Source: an uncultured virus (IMG/VR IMGVR_UViG_3300017774_007075) (Duplodnaviria > Heunggongvirae > Uroviricota > Caudoviricetes). Taken from it: a stretch of 20,000 nucleotides of DNA. Made by a program: the position numbers and the translations under genes. The stretch spans positions 55,319 through 75,318 of the IMG/VR virus record IMGVR_UViG_3300017774_007075. One strand, written 5' to 3'. Shown piece after piece: positions 8,201-15,680 of this stretch; the first letter of the stretch is position 1, and each line of letters begins with the position of its first letter. The notes under the pieces were generated by a model. That model was not told the DNA's origin. It made no database searches and worked only from the letters and a program-made list of their open reading frames with translations.

Positions 8201-9785
8201 TAATAAAAATTATAATCCAACTTTAATAAATTCTAAATATCCTGATAGTGGATTATATGTAAAATATTTAAAAAATCTTTTACAAAAATTATCACCATTA
8301 ATTGCAGATGATGAAAAGAAATTAAATGATAAGATAGATAAATATAAATCAATGATTTATGATAATGATATTAAATTAGCTGCTTACAAATCTTTTCAAG
8401 TAATTTATGAAAATTATCTTCATGGTGTATCTGAAAATGAATTCACTTTAAAAGTAAATTCCAATCAAGAAGATAGTTCATTTATTTTTGTTGATAGAGC
8501 ATATAATGATATATCCGACCTTTGTATATTAGATATTAAAACATTAATAGATGAAACCGAAGATAGTAATGCTAATTTACTAACCGCTATTAGTAGAGTA
8601 TTGAGTGATAATAACTTTTGGTTTTATCCTTTTCAAGGATTTTTAACAACAACAAAAAATTATGATGAGTTATTTAAAATAAATTATGATAAGGAAACAG
8701 AAGTAAGACCATTATTTGTTGCAATGTATGTTGGTGGATTATCAAGTAATCCAAATGCGAATGTAAACTCAACCTTAGAAAATGATGGTATTATGAAAAA
8801 TAATATACCATCTGATTTTAAAAAGAAAACTGGTTCATTGAATGCGTTTTTAGTTAAATATACAGGTACACAAAATCAAATGGTTTTTTCAAATTTTGAG
8901 CATTCCACAGAATCTTTAAAAAATACCGATGAAGGTTTAAGAATTCAATCTGATATTATTAAAAATGGAAGTAATTCATTTTCAATACCAAAAGGACAAT
9001 CACTATTAACTGTTTATCAAAAACAAAGTTATTCATCTACAATTAAAATTCCATTCGGTAATATGGGTATTCAACCTACACAATATTATTATGAAGATTT
9101 TATACCAATATTTGAAGGTTTATATATTATTTATAATGTAACACATTCTATTGACGCTGATAATCAAAGACTTGAAACCACATTTAAAGGATATAGACTT
9201 AAAAAAGATGTTAATCCTATTGTAACACAAGAGTTAGTTGAATTTGGTAAAAATAATGCATATTTAGATGCTCTTGGACAAATTGGCTTCGTTTCTAATA
9301 AAACAAATCTAACATCACAAGAAATAGAAATTATTCAAAGAGATACACCTAAAACAGTTAGTGGATATAAAGTTACAAGTGGATTTTTAAGAAACAAAGA
9401 TGGTAGTTTGCATGGTGGTATTGATGTTGGAACACCTACTGGTACATCTATTACATTTACAAACCCTGATACTACATTTGTTACTACTGAGTTTGATGAA
9501 GGTGGTTATGGTAATTATATTGTTTTAAGGTCTAAGAAAAATAAAGTTGATTTTATATTTGCTCATTTAAAAGAATTTAGTGTAGAATTACAAAAATTAA
9601 AAATAGGAGACCCAGTTCCTATCACAATGATAATAGGTAAAACAGGTAAAACAGGTGGACCAAGAACAATAGGAGCAAGTTATTTTGGACCTCATTTGCA
9701 TTTTGAAGTTAGAGAAATGCCTTGGGAAACTAATAAAAAAGTTTCTTATATCCCATATACTAAAAATTTAGTTTTGGGTAAATAA
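5241..9785 (+). CDS. Large baseplate hub-like virion protein with C-terminal M23 family peptidoglycan endopeptidase domain
   Basis: 1514 aa. M23 motifs: HGGID (9411-9425), GGYGNYIVL, FAHL, IGKTGKTG, GPHLHFEVR (HLH at 9693-9701). The N-terminal GFGIKSIDI..PQVSVVFYDLRG..LPYPVF and late GNMGIQP..EGLYIIYNVTHSI..TTFKGYR segments resemble gp27/VgrG-like hub barrels. Confidence 0.75.
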   Translation: MADINFNLIDPNNEILKGTPWYDINSTNPLLADGYKTNGIPRFEDIRSFVEFSMRPKNANYIEITNQRITSNAAISDDNNIILGGYYKRKDSKGNVIQSYYSTNYTDEIMGSNVEQKEYEGFGIKSIDIVFDANKIPQVSVVFYDLRGNVLNDFNSKFAKMFQLPYPVFQLRIKGGFGPLIKFRLQKIKDDISVDESGNFIINSKFIGDKFAPLSDVPLQYLNTVSYFDDKTIDLLDNQIKSFQDLIVSSRRLYEKANQVLESDQENANKEDLKKITEKRSTIFGIYSNISDIIKFKSLFTKETIKETIQTIKPDEINSIINYIAQTTILKDSNKISFVNQTITIDNNNNLVNPPLTETSFYVINKIVINYINTINTNIKSAGFPSTISVFPFKTFTPRIDIAFIPIFLNQINIINNIDFNAIATELKNIDNQIKESAVKGNDELNRKMRALTKQVLGDTKLTIGTVFKFMIDDYNALMKLVKKAGDDGGANNLRFGIDTYDKIGFPKVIDTIDGVGTLIYPGSKPQFQDWPEVKFIEDFIKAYSKALINNELTTLLNSKNEDGSSRYIPINPREVYQLTRDNSPSSDILNEPKNVYFNKSAEEICQLIYERFLILTNINAVITTNDYQSWNNGSQSQTFLGFFKDVFGKLDLSDDDVQKQQFLSTIQIEARNIAYAVAASEQKVKDYFKNLNTNFNDDFLTRNPKDIITKGIINPSNNNLINMGKAYLENIITFGSLDYNYITVASVKPQLINTDGQESDVISIYMKSVTEELKDFDQVKITKDNIFYFPDSLLSEKGNESDYDKVSGFGSVFGLAYQKRDKKKIEIIYQNIGDKVYGCFDVSKFIKNIKTTGLYQVPRGILVILGSILKTYYNTLLSEEKIRQEMYNLNFGNMNIIDDIDTIKIIRNSSFFKYLYEEAEDFEEAFPSYVSTFFRDSNNVFAPNQGFKLTLPQGTIVTPEETDKLIAYMYQKRYVSINDIQATTIYNKNYNPTLINSKYPDSGLYVKYLKNLLQKLSPLIADDEKKLNDKIDKYKSMIYDNDIKLAAYKSFQVIYENYLHGVSENEFTLKVNSNQEDSSFIFVDRAYNDISDLCILDIKTLIDETEDSNANLLTAISRVLSDNNFWFYPFQGFLTTTKNYDELFKINYDKETEVRPLFVAMYVGGLSSNPNANVNSTLENDGIMKNNIPSDFKKKTGSLNAFLVKYTGTQNQMVFSNFEHSTESLKNTDEGLRIQSDIIKNGSNSFSIPKGQSLLTVYQKQSYSSTIKIPFGNMGIQPTQYYYEDFIPIFEGLYIIYNVTHSIDADNQRLETTFKGYRLKKDVNPIVTQELVEFGKNNAYLDALGQIGFVSNKTNLTSQEIEIIQRDTPKTVSGYKVTSGFLRNKDGSLHGGIDVGTPTGTSITFTNPDTTFVTTEFDEGGYGNYIVLRSKKNKVDFIFAHLKEFSVELQKLKIGDPVPITMIIGKTGKTGGPRTIGASYFGPHLHFEVREMPWETNKKVSYIPYTKNLVLGK

Positions 9786-9788
9786 AAC

Positions 9789-9820
9789 TACGGCAAATGT
9801 AAAAACTTGCCGTATATTTG
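9789..9820 (+). promoter_or_regulatory. Perfect 8-bp inverted repeat (TACGGCAA-N10-TTGCCGTA) overlapping a TATATTTG promoter element
   Basis: Arms at 9789-9796 and 9807-9814. TATATTTG at 9813-9820 lies 7 nt before ATG 9828 and just after the stop of the hub gene. Confidence 0.6.
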
Positions 9821-9827
9821 TGCAATT

Positions 9828-10466
9828 ATGAAATTAGCCTATCTGTACGGAATTGAACCAACAAATCCGTATCTGTCCACTTATTCTCATTATCCCTTGA
9901 CAAAGAAATTTTCATTTGTTGATGAGATTTTAGATGACAAACCCCTGCTTATTGTGGGGATTAAAAAGGCTAGAGAACTTTATCCAAATCAGATTGACTT
10001 AGATAAGAACCACATTGAAAAAAATATTTATTGGTGTTATTCACCTGAAGAATATCTTTCAGAATTCTTAAAAAAATATGAAGAATTTATTTTAAATATA
10101 CATAATTCATATTTAGATTTTTTAGATTTTGAAATTATTGATTTGTTTTTTAAGAATATCAATGAAGATGGAAAATTAATTGATTTTTTGAATGATTCTA
10201 ATATTGATAATTATTATCAATTAAATAAGATGCTTTATTGTTATTCAAAATCAAATAATAAAATTTATATAATAAATATTAATGAGTTTGTTTGGTTTGA
10301 CAAATTAAAAATTAACTTTTTATATGATTTTTTAAGTGATAAACAATACCATAATGATTCAGAATTAAAAATTAGTAATTATTTTACTAATTTATTTCAT
10401 AATCAAGATACTTTCTTTGTTGAGAAAACAATTCCGTATTTTATTTTTATAAATCTATCTAAATAG
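9828..10466 (+). CDS. Hypothetical phage protein
   Basis: 213-aa ORF from ATG 9828. The TTG at 9807 lies inside the hairpin/promoter and is an unlikely start. Contains KPLLIVGIKKA and IYWCYSPEE; no recognisable catalytic motif. Confidence 0.65.
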   Translation: MKLAYLYGIEPTNPYLSTYSHYPLTKKFSFVDEILDDKPLLIVGIKKARELYPNQIDLDKNHIEKNIYWCYSPEEYLSEFLKKYEEFILNIHNSYLDFLDFEIIDLFFKNINEDGKLIDFLNDSNIDNYYQLNKMLYCYSKSNNKIYIININEFVWFDKLKINFLYDFLSDKQYHNDSELKISNYFTNLFHNQDTFFVEKTIPYFIFINLSK

Positions 10467-10469
10467 ATA

Positions 10470-10478
10470 CTAATTATA
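10470..10478 (+). promoter_or_regulatory. Putative late promoter variant CTAATTATA
   Basis: One mismatch to CTATTTATA; 20 nt from motif start to ATG 10490, similar to the 22-nt spacing at 720. Confidence 0.35.
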
Positions 10479-10489
10479 AGAAAAGAAAT

Positions 10490-10690
10490 ATGGAAAATAT
10501 AGATTTAAACAAAAAACTTTCTGATATTATTTCTTCAAAAGACAATAATGAATTGGTGGATACCAATGAAGAACAACAAGTAACTATAAAAGTGATTGAT
10601 GGTTTATTTGAACATGCAGAAGTTATTAATAAGAAATTTGTAACAACTGATGGCAGACAACTATTAAAAGAAGTAAGATTTGAACAGTAA
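10490..10690 (+). CDS. Small hypothetical protein
   Basis: 66 aa with an A-rich leader; 2 nt from the next gene; C-terminal TTDGRQLLKE. Confidence 0.65.
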   Translation: MENIDLNKKLSDIISSKDNNELVDTNEEQQVTIKVIDGLFEHAEVINKKFVTTDGRQLLKEVRFEQ

Positions 10691-10692
10691 TT

Positions 10693-11358
10693 ATGAGAAT
10701 CAGAGAAAAGAAAAATCAATCATATGACCGTTTTAGATATTTACTTGAGTTTCAGGTAAAAAGGGGCAATGTTATAGAACAAGAAGAGCCTGAAACAGAA
10801 ACAAGTGGAGATATCTTTGACCAAATATCAGGCGCAATGGATGGCAGACAACCTGTTGCACCTGCATCTGTTGATGCAGAACAACCTATTTCAGATGAAG
10901 TGGTTGCTGATGTGGATGTAAATGATAACCAAACATTTGAAGATACAGCAAGTGATTTATTAAAAATTCATGCATCTAAAATTGATAACTTAACTCAATA
11001 CATTAATGATTCTGTTAATATACTTAAAGTTTTATCACAAAAAACTAATGATATTACATCAAATGTTGATGAGATGGGTAATAAAATAGGTGAATTAAAT
11101 CAAAGAGTTGATAAACTAACACCTCCAACACCTCTTGAGTCTTTAAATCAAATGGTTAAGAATACAACAGGAGGGCAATCAATTGAAGATTATTGGAATG
11201 ACTATTTTAGAAAACATGGTAGGGCTGATATGGTAAATGGTTCTATTTATTACAATGATAAACAATATGATGAAAATGAAAAAGGTATGACATCAGGTGT
11301 TTATAGAACTCCTGAAATAAGCGACAATCAAATTAAAGACATAATCAAAAATTCATAA
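10693..11358 (+). CDS. Acidic coiled-coil protein, possibly prohead core/scaffold-like
   Basis: 221 aa with an acidic Pro/Ala linker and a heptad coiled coil (IDNLTQYINDSV..IGELNQRVDKL) followed by TPPTPLESL. Stop overlaps the next start (TAATG). Confidence 0.55.
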   Translation: MRIREKKNQSYDRFRYLLEFQVKRGNVIEQEEPETETSGDIFDQISGAMDGRQPVAPASVDAEQPISDEVVADVDVNDNQTFEDTASDLLKIHASKIDNLTQYINDSVNILKVLSQKTNDITSNVDEMGNKIGELNQRVDKLTPPTPLESLNQMVKNTTGGQSIEDYWNDYFRKHGRADMVNGSIYYNDKQYDENEKGMTSGVYRTPEISDNQIKDIIKNS

Positions 11359-13337
11359 TGATTCTTAGGTCATATTTTAAAAAACAAGCAACATTAATAA
11401 GAAATTCTTTTACTAATAGTTCAAGAAATCCTGTATTTGAACTATCATATGGTGGTACAAACAATTCAGCTACCACATATGTTAGTCGCTATGTTTTTAA
11501 TGTAGACCTAGACAATTTAATTTCAAAAATAACAAGCAATACAATTAATCAAAGTACTGTTCAATCTCATATTTTAAAAATTAAAAATTGCATTTCTTTA
11601 AATGATGGTTATATTGGTGTTGACCTTATTACATCAAAAAGAGCAAGTGGTTTTGATTTAGCATTTATTAAATTAAACGAATCCTTTGATGAAGGAACAG
11701 GTTATGATTATATTTATAATGATTCTCAATATAGAGAAGTTGAATTAAATAAATCATCAGCCAATTGGTATAATAGAAAAAATCCACAAATTACTTGGAC
11801 ACAACCAGGTGTTTTCTTATATGATACTGATTATATTGATGATATAATAACATTAACAGGTATCACAACAGGAAATACACCAAATCAATTCATTGATGGT
11901 GATTTTGGAACTTTTGAAACAAATATATCAGGTATAACTAGTAATACACTTAATACTATATTAACATCATCAACATTATATAAATATAGTGGAAGCAGTT
12001 CACTATTATTAAAAAATTCTGACCCATTAAATTACTCTTTTAATTCACCAACAAATACTCTTTTTACATTTACAACACCTTTAAGTATATCAGCTAATAC
12101 AACATCAAGTACAATATATTCATTATCTGGTAAATTTTTAGATTTAAATAGTTACACATGTAATTATAAAAGTATTTATCTTGATTTATCACCTAGTTTA
12201 GATAGTGGTATAACATTAAATTCAAACATTGAATATAATTCATCATCAAGTGCAGCAACATGGAATACATTATCAAAAATATTTACAGTTCCTAGTGGAT
12301 TTACAGGAAATACATCTTATAAATTATCCGTAAAGATAGATGGAACAAGTGGAGTTAGTGATAATTATAATTTCTTTTTTGATAATTTTGATTTTTCAAC
12401 AATAGTTAAAACATCATATACATTTACAACAGCAGCAACAAATTTATCAATATTAACAACACAAAGATTTGAAATTGGTAATGAAGATATTGAAGTTGAC
12501 ATTACCAATTATGTAAATGGTATATTATTTTCAGGACAACCAAATAATGGTATATGTATTGCTTATTCAGCAAATACAGAGTCATTAACACCAATCACAA
12601 AAAATGTTGTCACATTCTTTTCTAAGTATACTCAAACATTTTTTGAACCATTCTTAGAAACAAGTTATGATGACAGAGTAAATGATGAACTTTGTTGTAT
12701 GAACTTTGATGTACCAAATGATTTCTTTTTTGTTTCTCAATCACCTATAACTTCAGTAAATAAATTTGAAATAGTAGATTCAGATGATTTAGTTTATTCA
12801 AGTATAACATCATTTACACAACTTAATAATTTTAATTACAAAGTTTCTGCCACAATTGATTCTGAAAATTATCAAGACCAAGAAATATTTACATACAAAT
12901 GGTATTATATTCAAAATGGTAAATACAAAATTCTTGAAAAACAATTTAATATATCTAAAATAGACCTAAATGATGGTATGTCTTTAACATATAGTACAGA
13001 AGTATTTATAAATGTTTTAGGTATTAAATCAAATGAAATTATAACAAAAAAAGTTGGTGTAAAAAGATTAATTTTCAAACCAAAAAGATTAATCCAATCA
13101 AGAATATTAAAAAATATAGTTGGTGACATTGAATTTAGAATTTATGTCAATCAAGGAAAGAATCAGATTGATGTAATTCCCTTTACAAAGGCTTCAAAAG
13201 TCAATGATGAATATTTTACCGAAATTGATTTTTCTTGGTTCATTTCTCACGATTACACAATAGAAATCAGAGGTTTAGACAGAAATGGTGTTCAATATCC
13301 GAACACGAATTATGTTAAATTTAGAGTGACAAATTAA
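11358..13337 (+). CDS. Putative virion structural protein (beta-rich) with an internal carbohydrate-binding-like domain
   Basis: 659 aa, Ser/Thr/Asn-rich. Motifs SRYVFNVDL, FDEGTGYDY, SANW, FEIGNEDIEVDITNYV, FFSKYTQTFFEPFLE. Internal segment NQFIDGDFGTFE...FFFDNFDF. Confidence 0.6.
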   Translation: MILRSYFKKQATLIRNSFTNSSRNPVFELSYGGTNNSATTYVSRYVFNVDLDNLISKITSNTINQSTVQSHILKIKNCISLNDGYIGVDLITSKRASGFDLAFIKLNESFDEGTGYDYIYNDSQYREVELNKSSANWYNRKNPQITWTQPGVFLYDTDYIDDIITLTGITTGNTPNQFIDGDFGTFETNISGITSNTLNTILTSSTLYKYSGSSSLLLKNSDPLNYSFNSPTNTLFTFTTPLSISANTTSSTIYSLSGKFLDLNSYTCNYKSIYLDLSPSLDSGITLNSNIEYNSSSSAATWNTLSKIFTVPSGFTGNTSYKLSVKIDGTSGVSDNYNFFFDNFDFSTIVKTSYTFTTAATNLSILTTQRFEIGNEDIEVDITNYVNGILFSGQPNNGICIAYSANTESLTPITKNVVTFFSKYTQTFFEPFLETSYDDRVNDELCCMNFDVPNDFFFVSQSPITSVNKFEIVDSDDLVYSSITSFTQLNNFNYKVSATIDSENYQDQEIFTYKWYYIQNGKYKILEKQFNISKIDLNDGMSLTYSTEVFINVLGIKSNEIITKKVGVKRLIFKPKRLIQSRILKNIVGDIEFRIYVNQGKNQIDVIPFTKASKVNDEYFTEIDFSWFISHDYTIEIRGLDRNGVQYPNTNYVKFRVTN

Positions 13338-13366
13338 ATTTTTTATTTTTTTTCACCAAAATTCGA

Positions 13367-13394
13367 CTATTTATAAATGAAACACATATATTTG
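13367..13394 (+). promoter_or_regulatory. Tandem promoters: CTATTTATA (13367-13375) and TATATTTG (13387-13394)
   Basis: Both recurrent motifs occur in the intergenic region upstream of the SSB-like gene. Confidence 0.5.
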
Positions 13395-13438
13395 TTTTAA
13401 CAATAAATTTTTATTAACATTTAAAATTTTTTAACATT

Positions 13439-14290
13439 ATGGGATTTGAATCATCCGAAAGAAAAATAAAGACATATATGTCTTTAGGAACAACAAAAAC
13501 AAATGACAATAAAGTACTTTCAAAGTTCTTTGTCATTACCAAGAAGAATAGCCAAGGTCAGTATGAAAAACTACCTATGCTTGACTCAACCAACTACCCA
13601 AAACCTTTTTATGGGTTTTTAACAAGGATTACACCACTACTTGATAATACAATTACAAGAACAGATGGAACAAGAATCCCTTCACCAAAAATAAACTTTG
13701 AATTTACAGATGATTGCGGTGAAATCTATGTATTGGACATTCCATTTATAACTCAAGATAAAAGAGTGTCTCCACAAATCTTTGGCTTTATTAATTCTCT
13801 TGCTGATTTAGCCGAAAAAAAGAAACTTGGATACATTAAAATGTTTATTAACCAAGCTGCCGATAAAAATGACGTAAAAAGATTTAATCTTTCTTTAAGA
13901 TGTTCTACACAATGGACAGCAGGTAGTAAAAACTTTGGTATCTTTCAAGAAGATATAACTAAAGTTGATTGGAAATACAATGCAAAAGATATCCCATCAT
14001 TTGAAGTAACTAAAACAGTTGATGGTGAAATGGTAACTATTGACAATAGAAAAAAACAACAAGATTTCTTTTTGAAAGAAATTGAAGTTATCAATAAAGC
14101 AATTAGTGAGGCTAAATACGATATTGGTGAGAATTCATCAGCATCTATGAATAATGCAATCACACCATCAGTCATATATGATGACGATGATGACACTAGT
14201 GCTGATTTTGAAATGACAACATCATCTACAAAAGATACTAGTCCTGTATCAGTCAGTAGTGACGATGAAGATGATGACCTTCCCTTCTAG
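13439..14290 (+). CDS. Single-stranded DNA-binding protein (putative)
   Basis: 283 aa; beta-rich core, Ser/Thr/Asp linker and acidic tail ending DDEDDDLPF; immediately upstream of the recombinase. Confidence 0.7.
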   Translation: MGFESSERKIKTYMSLGTTKTNDNKVLSKFFVITKKNSQGQYEKLPMLDSTNYPKPFYGFLTRITPLLDNTITRTDGTRIPSPKINFEFTDDCGEIYVLDIPFITQDKRVSPQIFGFINSLADLAEKKKLGYIKMFINQAADKNDVKRFNLSLRCSTQWTAGSKNFGIFQEDITKVDWKYNAKDIPSFEVTKTVDGEMVTIDNRKKQQDFFLKEIEVINKAISEAKYDIGENSSASMNNAITPSVIYDDDDDTSADFEMTTSSTKDTSPVSVSSDDEDDDLPF

Positions 14291-14302
14291 TTAAGGGTTT
14301 TT
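14282..14302 (+). terminator. Short hairpin CCCTT-CTAGTT-AAGGG + T5 over the SSB stop codon
   Basis: 5-bp stem (14282-14286 / 14293-14297) followed by TTTTT. Confidence 0.35.
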
Positions 14303-14362
14303 AAGGATACAGCACAATAAGTCTAACTCCCCTCTTACTTATTGTTGTTGTATCCTTTTTTT
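14303..14362 (+). terminator. Long intrinsic-terminator-like hairpin with U-tract
   Basis: AAGGATACAGCACAATAAGT (14303-14322) pairs with ACTTATTGTTGTTGTATCCTT (14337-14357): 20 bp with one G-U pair and one bulge, a 14-nt loop, and a T run at 14356-14362. Confidence 0.75.
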
Positions 14363-14391
14363 ATGTACAATAATTAAAATAATTAAATATC

Positions 14392-15450
14392 ATGGGTAGA
14401 ACTTTAATAAACGATTCCGAAGAAAAAAAACCAATCAAAAAGAAAGAGTTTTCATTAGCAGATTTTAAACAAAAGTTTAAAATTAGTGATGAAGATGTAA
14501 AACCATTATCTTGGTTACCAATGGGTAGTGCTTATCAAGAAGTCATTGGTCTTGAAGGTATACCACGTTGTGAATTAACATTGGTAAGAGGATATTCAGA
14601 TACAGGTAAATCAACATTTGTATATGCAGCAGCAGTTTCTGGTCAACAAAATGGTGAACTACCAATTATCATTGATACTGAAAACGCAATGAAGAAAGAC
14701 CACCTTACAAAAATGGGTTTTGACTTTGATTTGCCTCATCTATATGTTGATACTGATTATTTACTTCAAAATTACGGTAAAAAATATAATAAAGAATTTA
14801 AAGAATCGTCCATTGAGGATATTTCAGAATTCATGCATGATATATTAGATGCACAAGAAAAAGATGAACTTCAAATGGATGTCGTATTCTGTATTGACTC
14901 ATTTGGTTCAAGTGATTGTAGAAAAACATTATCCGCAAAAGAGAAAGATAAAGAAGCAAATAATATGTGGAATGCAGGTGCAATGGAACAATGTTTTAAA
15001 GGTATTTTCCATCAAAGAATTCCATCCACAAGAAAAGTAAGTAAAAAATATACAGCAACCGCTATTGGTGTTCAAAAGATTTGGTTTGATTCACAAGCAG
15101 GTGGACAAGGTGTTGTTAGACATAAAGGTGGTGAATCAGCATATTCAGTTGCTAGATTAATCATTCACGTTGGTGGTGTAAAAACTAGAGGTGTTGAAAA
15201 GATTAATATCACTAAGAATAAAAAAGTAACCTCACTTGGTATTCTAGCACCTGTAAAAGTTGCAAAGAATCACGTTTCAAATATTTCTTTTGAAGGTAAG
15301 ATTTTATCAACAAGTTATGGGCTTGTATTGGAATCAGAACTTGAAGAGTTCAAAAAGAATCACTTGTCCGAATTGCTTTCCGAAATCGGTGAAGATGGTG
15401 ATGATGATGTTCAATTGGTACGCATTCAAGATAATTCTAAAGAAGAATAA
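14392..15450 (+). CDS. recA: RecA/UvsX-like recombinase
   Basis: 352 aa; GIPR..LTLVRGYSDTGKST (Walker A), IIIDTE, VVFCIDS (Walker B), KGGES, KVAKNH. Confidence 0.92.
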   Translation: MGRTLINDSEEKKPIKKKEFSLADFKQKFKISDEDVKPLSWLPMGSAYQEVIGLEGIPRCELTLVRGYSDTGKSTFVYAAAVSGQQNGELPIIIDTENAMKKDHLTKMGFDFDLPHLYVDTDYLLQNYGKKYNKEFKESSIEDISEFMHDILDAQEKDELQMDVVFCIDSFGSSDCRKTLSAKEKDKEANNMWNAGAMEQCFKGIFHQRIPSTRKVSKKYTATAIGVQKIWFDSQAGGQGVVRHKGGESAYSVARLIIHVGGVKTRGVEKINITKNKKVTSLGILAPVKVAKNHVSNISFEGKILSTSYGLVLESELEEFKKNHLSELLSEIGEDGDDDVQLVRIQDNSKEE

Positions 15451-15680
15451 TGAATAAAGAACAACTAGAAGAAGAATTAGAAAAGTTCAAAAATGTTGAT
15501 TATCGCATAGATAATGAAGGTTTAGAATATTGTTTTGTAAATTATTCAACTTTTTCAGAAATTAAAGATAAACAATTTCATAAATTAAGGGTACAATTAC
15601 TCCTATCAATTTATAAAATGAAGGGATATGTTAGTGACAAAATAAATGAACTTGAATCTTCTTTAGAAGATAATGAATAA
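15450..15680 (+). CDS. Small hypothetical protein
   Basis: 76 aa; TAATG stop/start overlaps with both neighbours; contains EGLEYCFVNYSTFSEIKD. Confidence 0.7.
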   Translation: MNKEQLEEELEKFKNVDYRIDNEGLEYCFVNYSTFSEIKDKQFHKLRVQLLLSIYKMKGYVSDKINELESSLEDNE

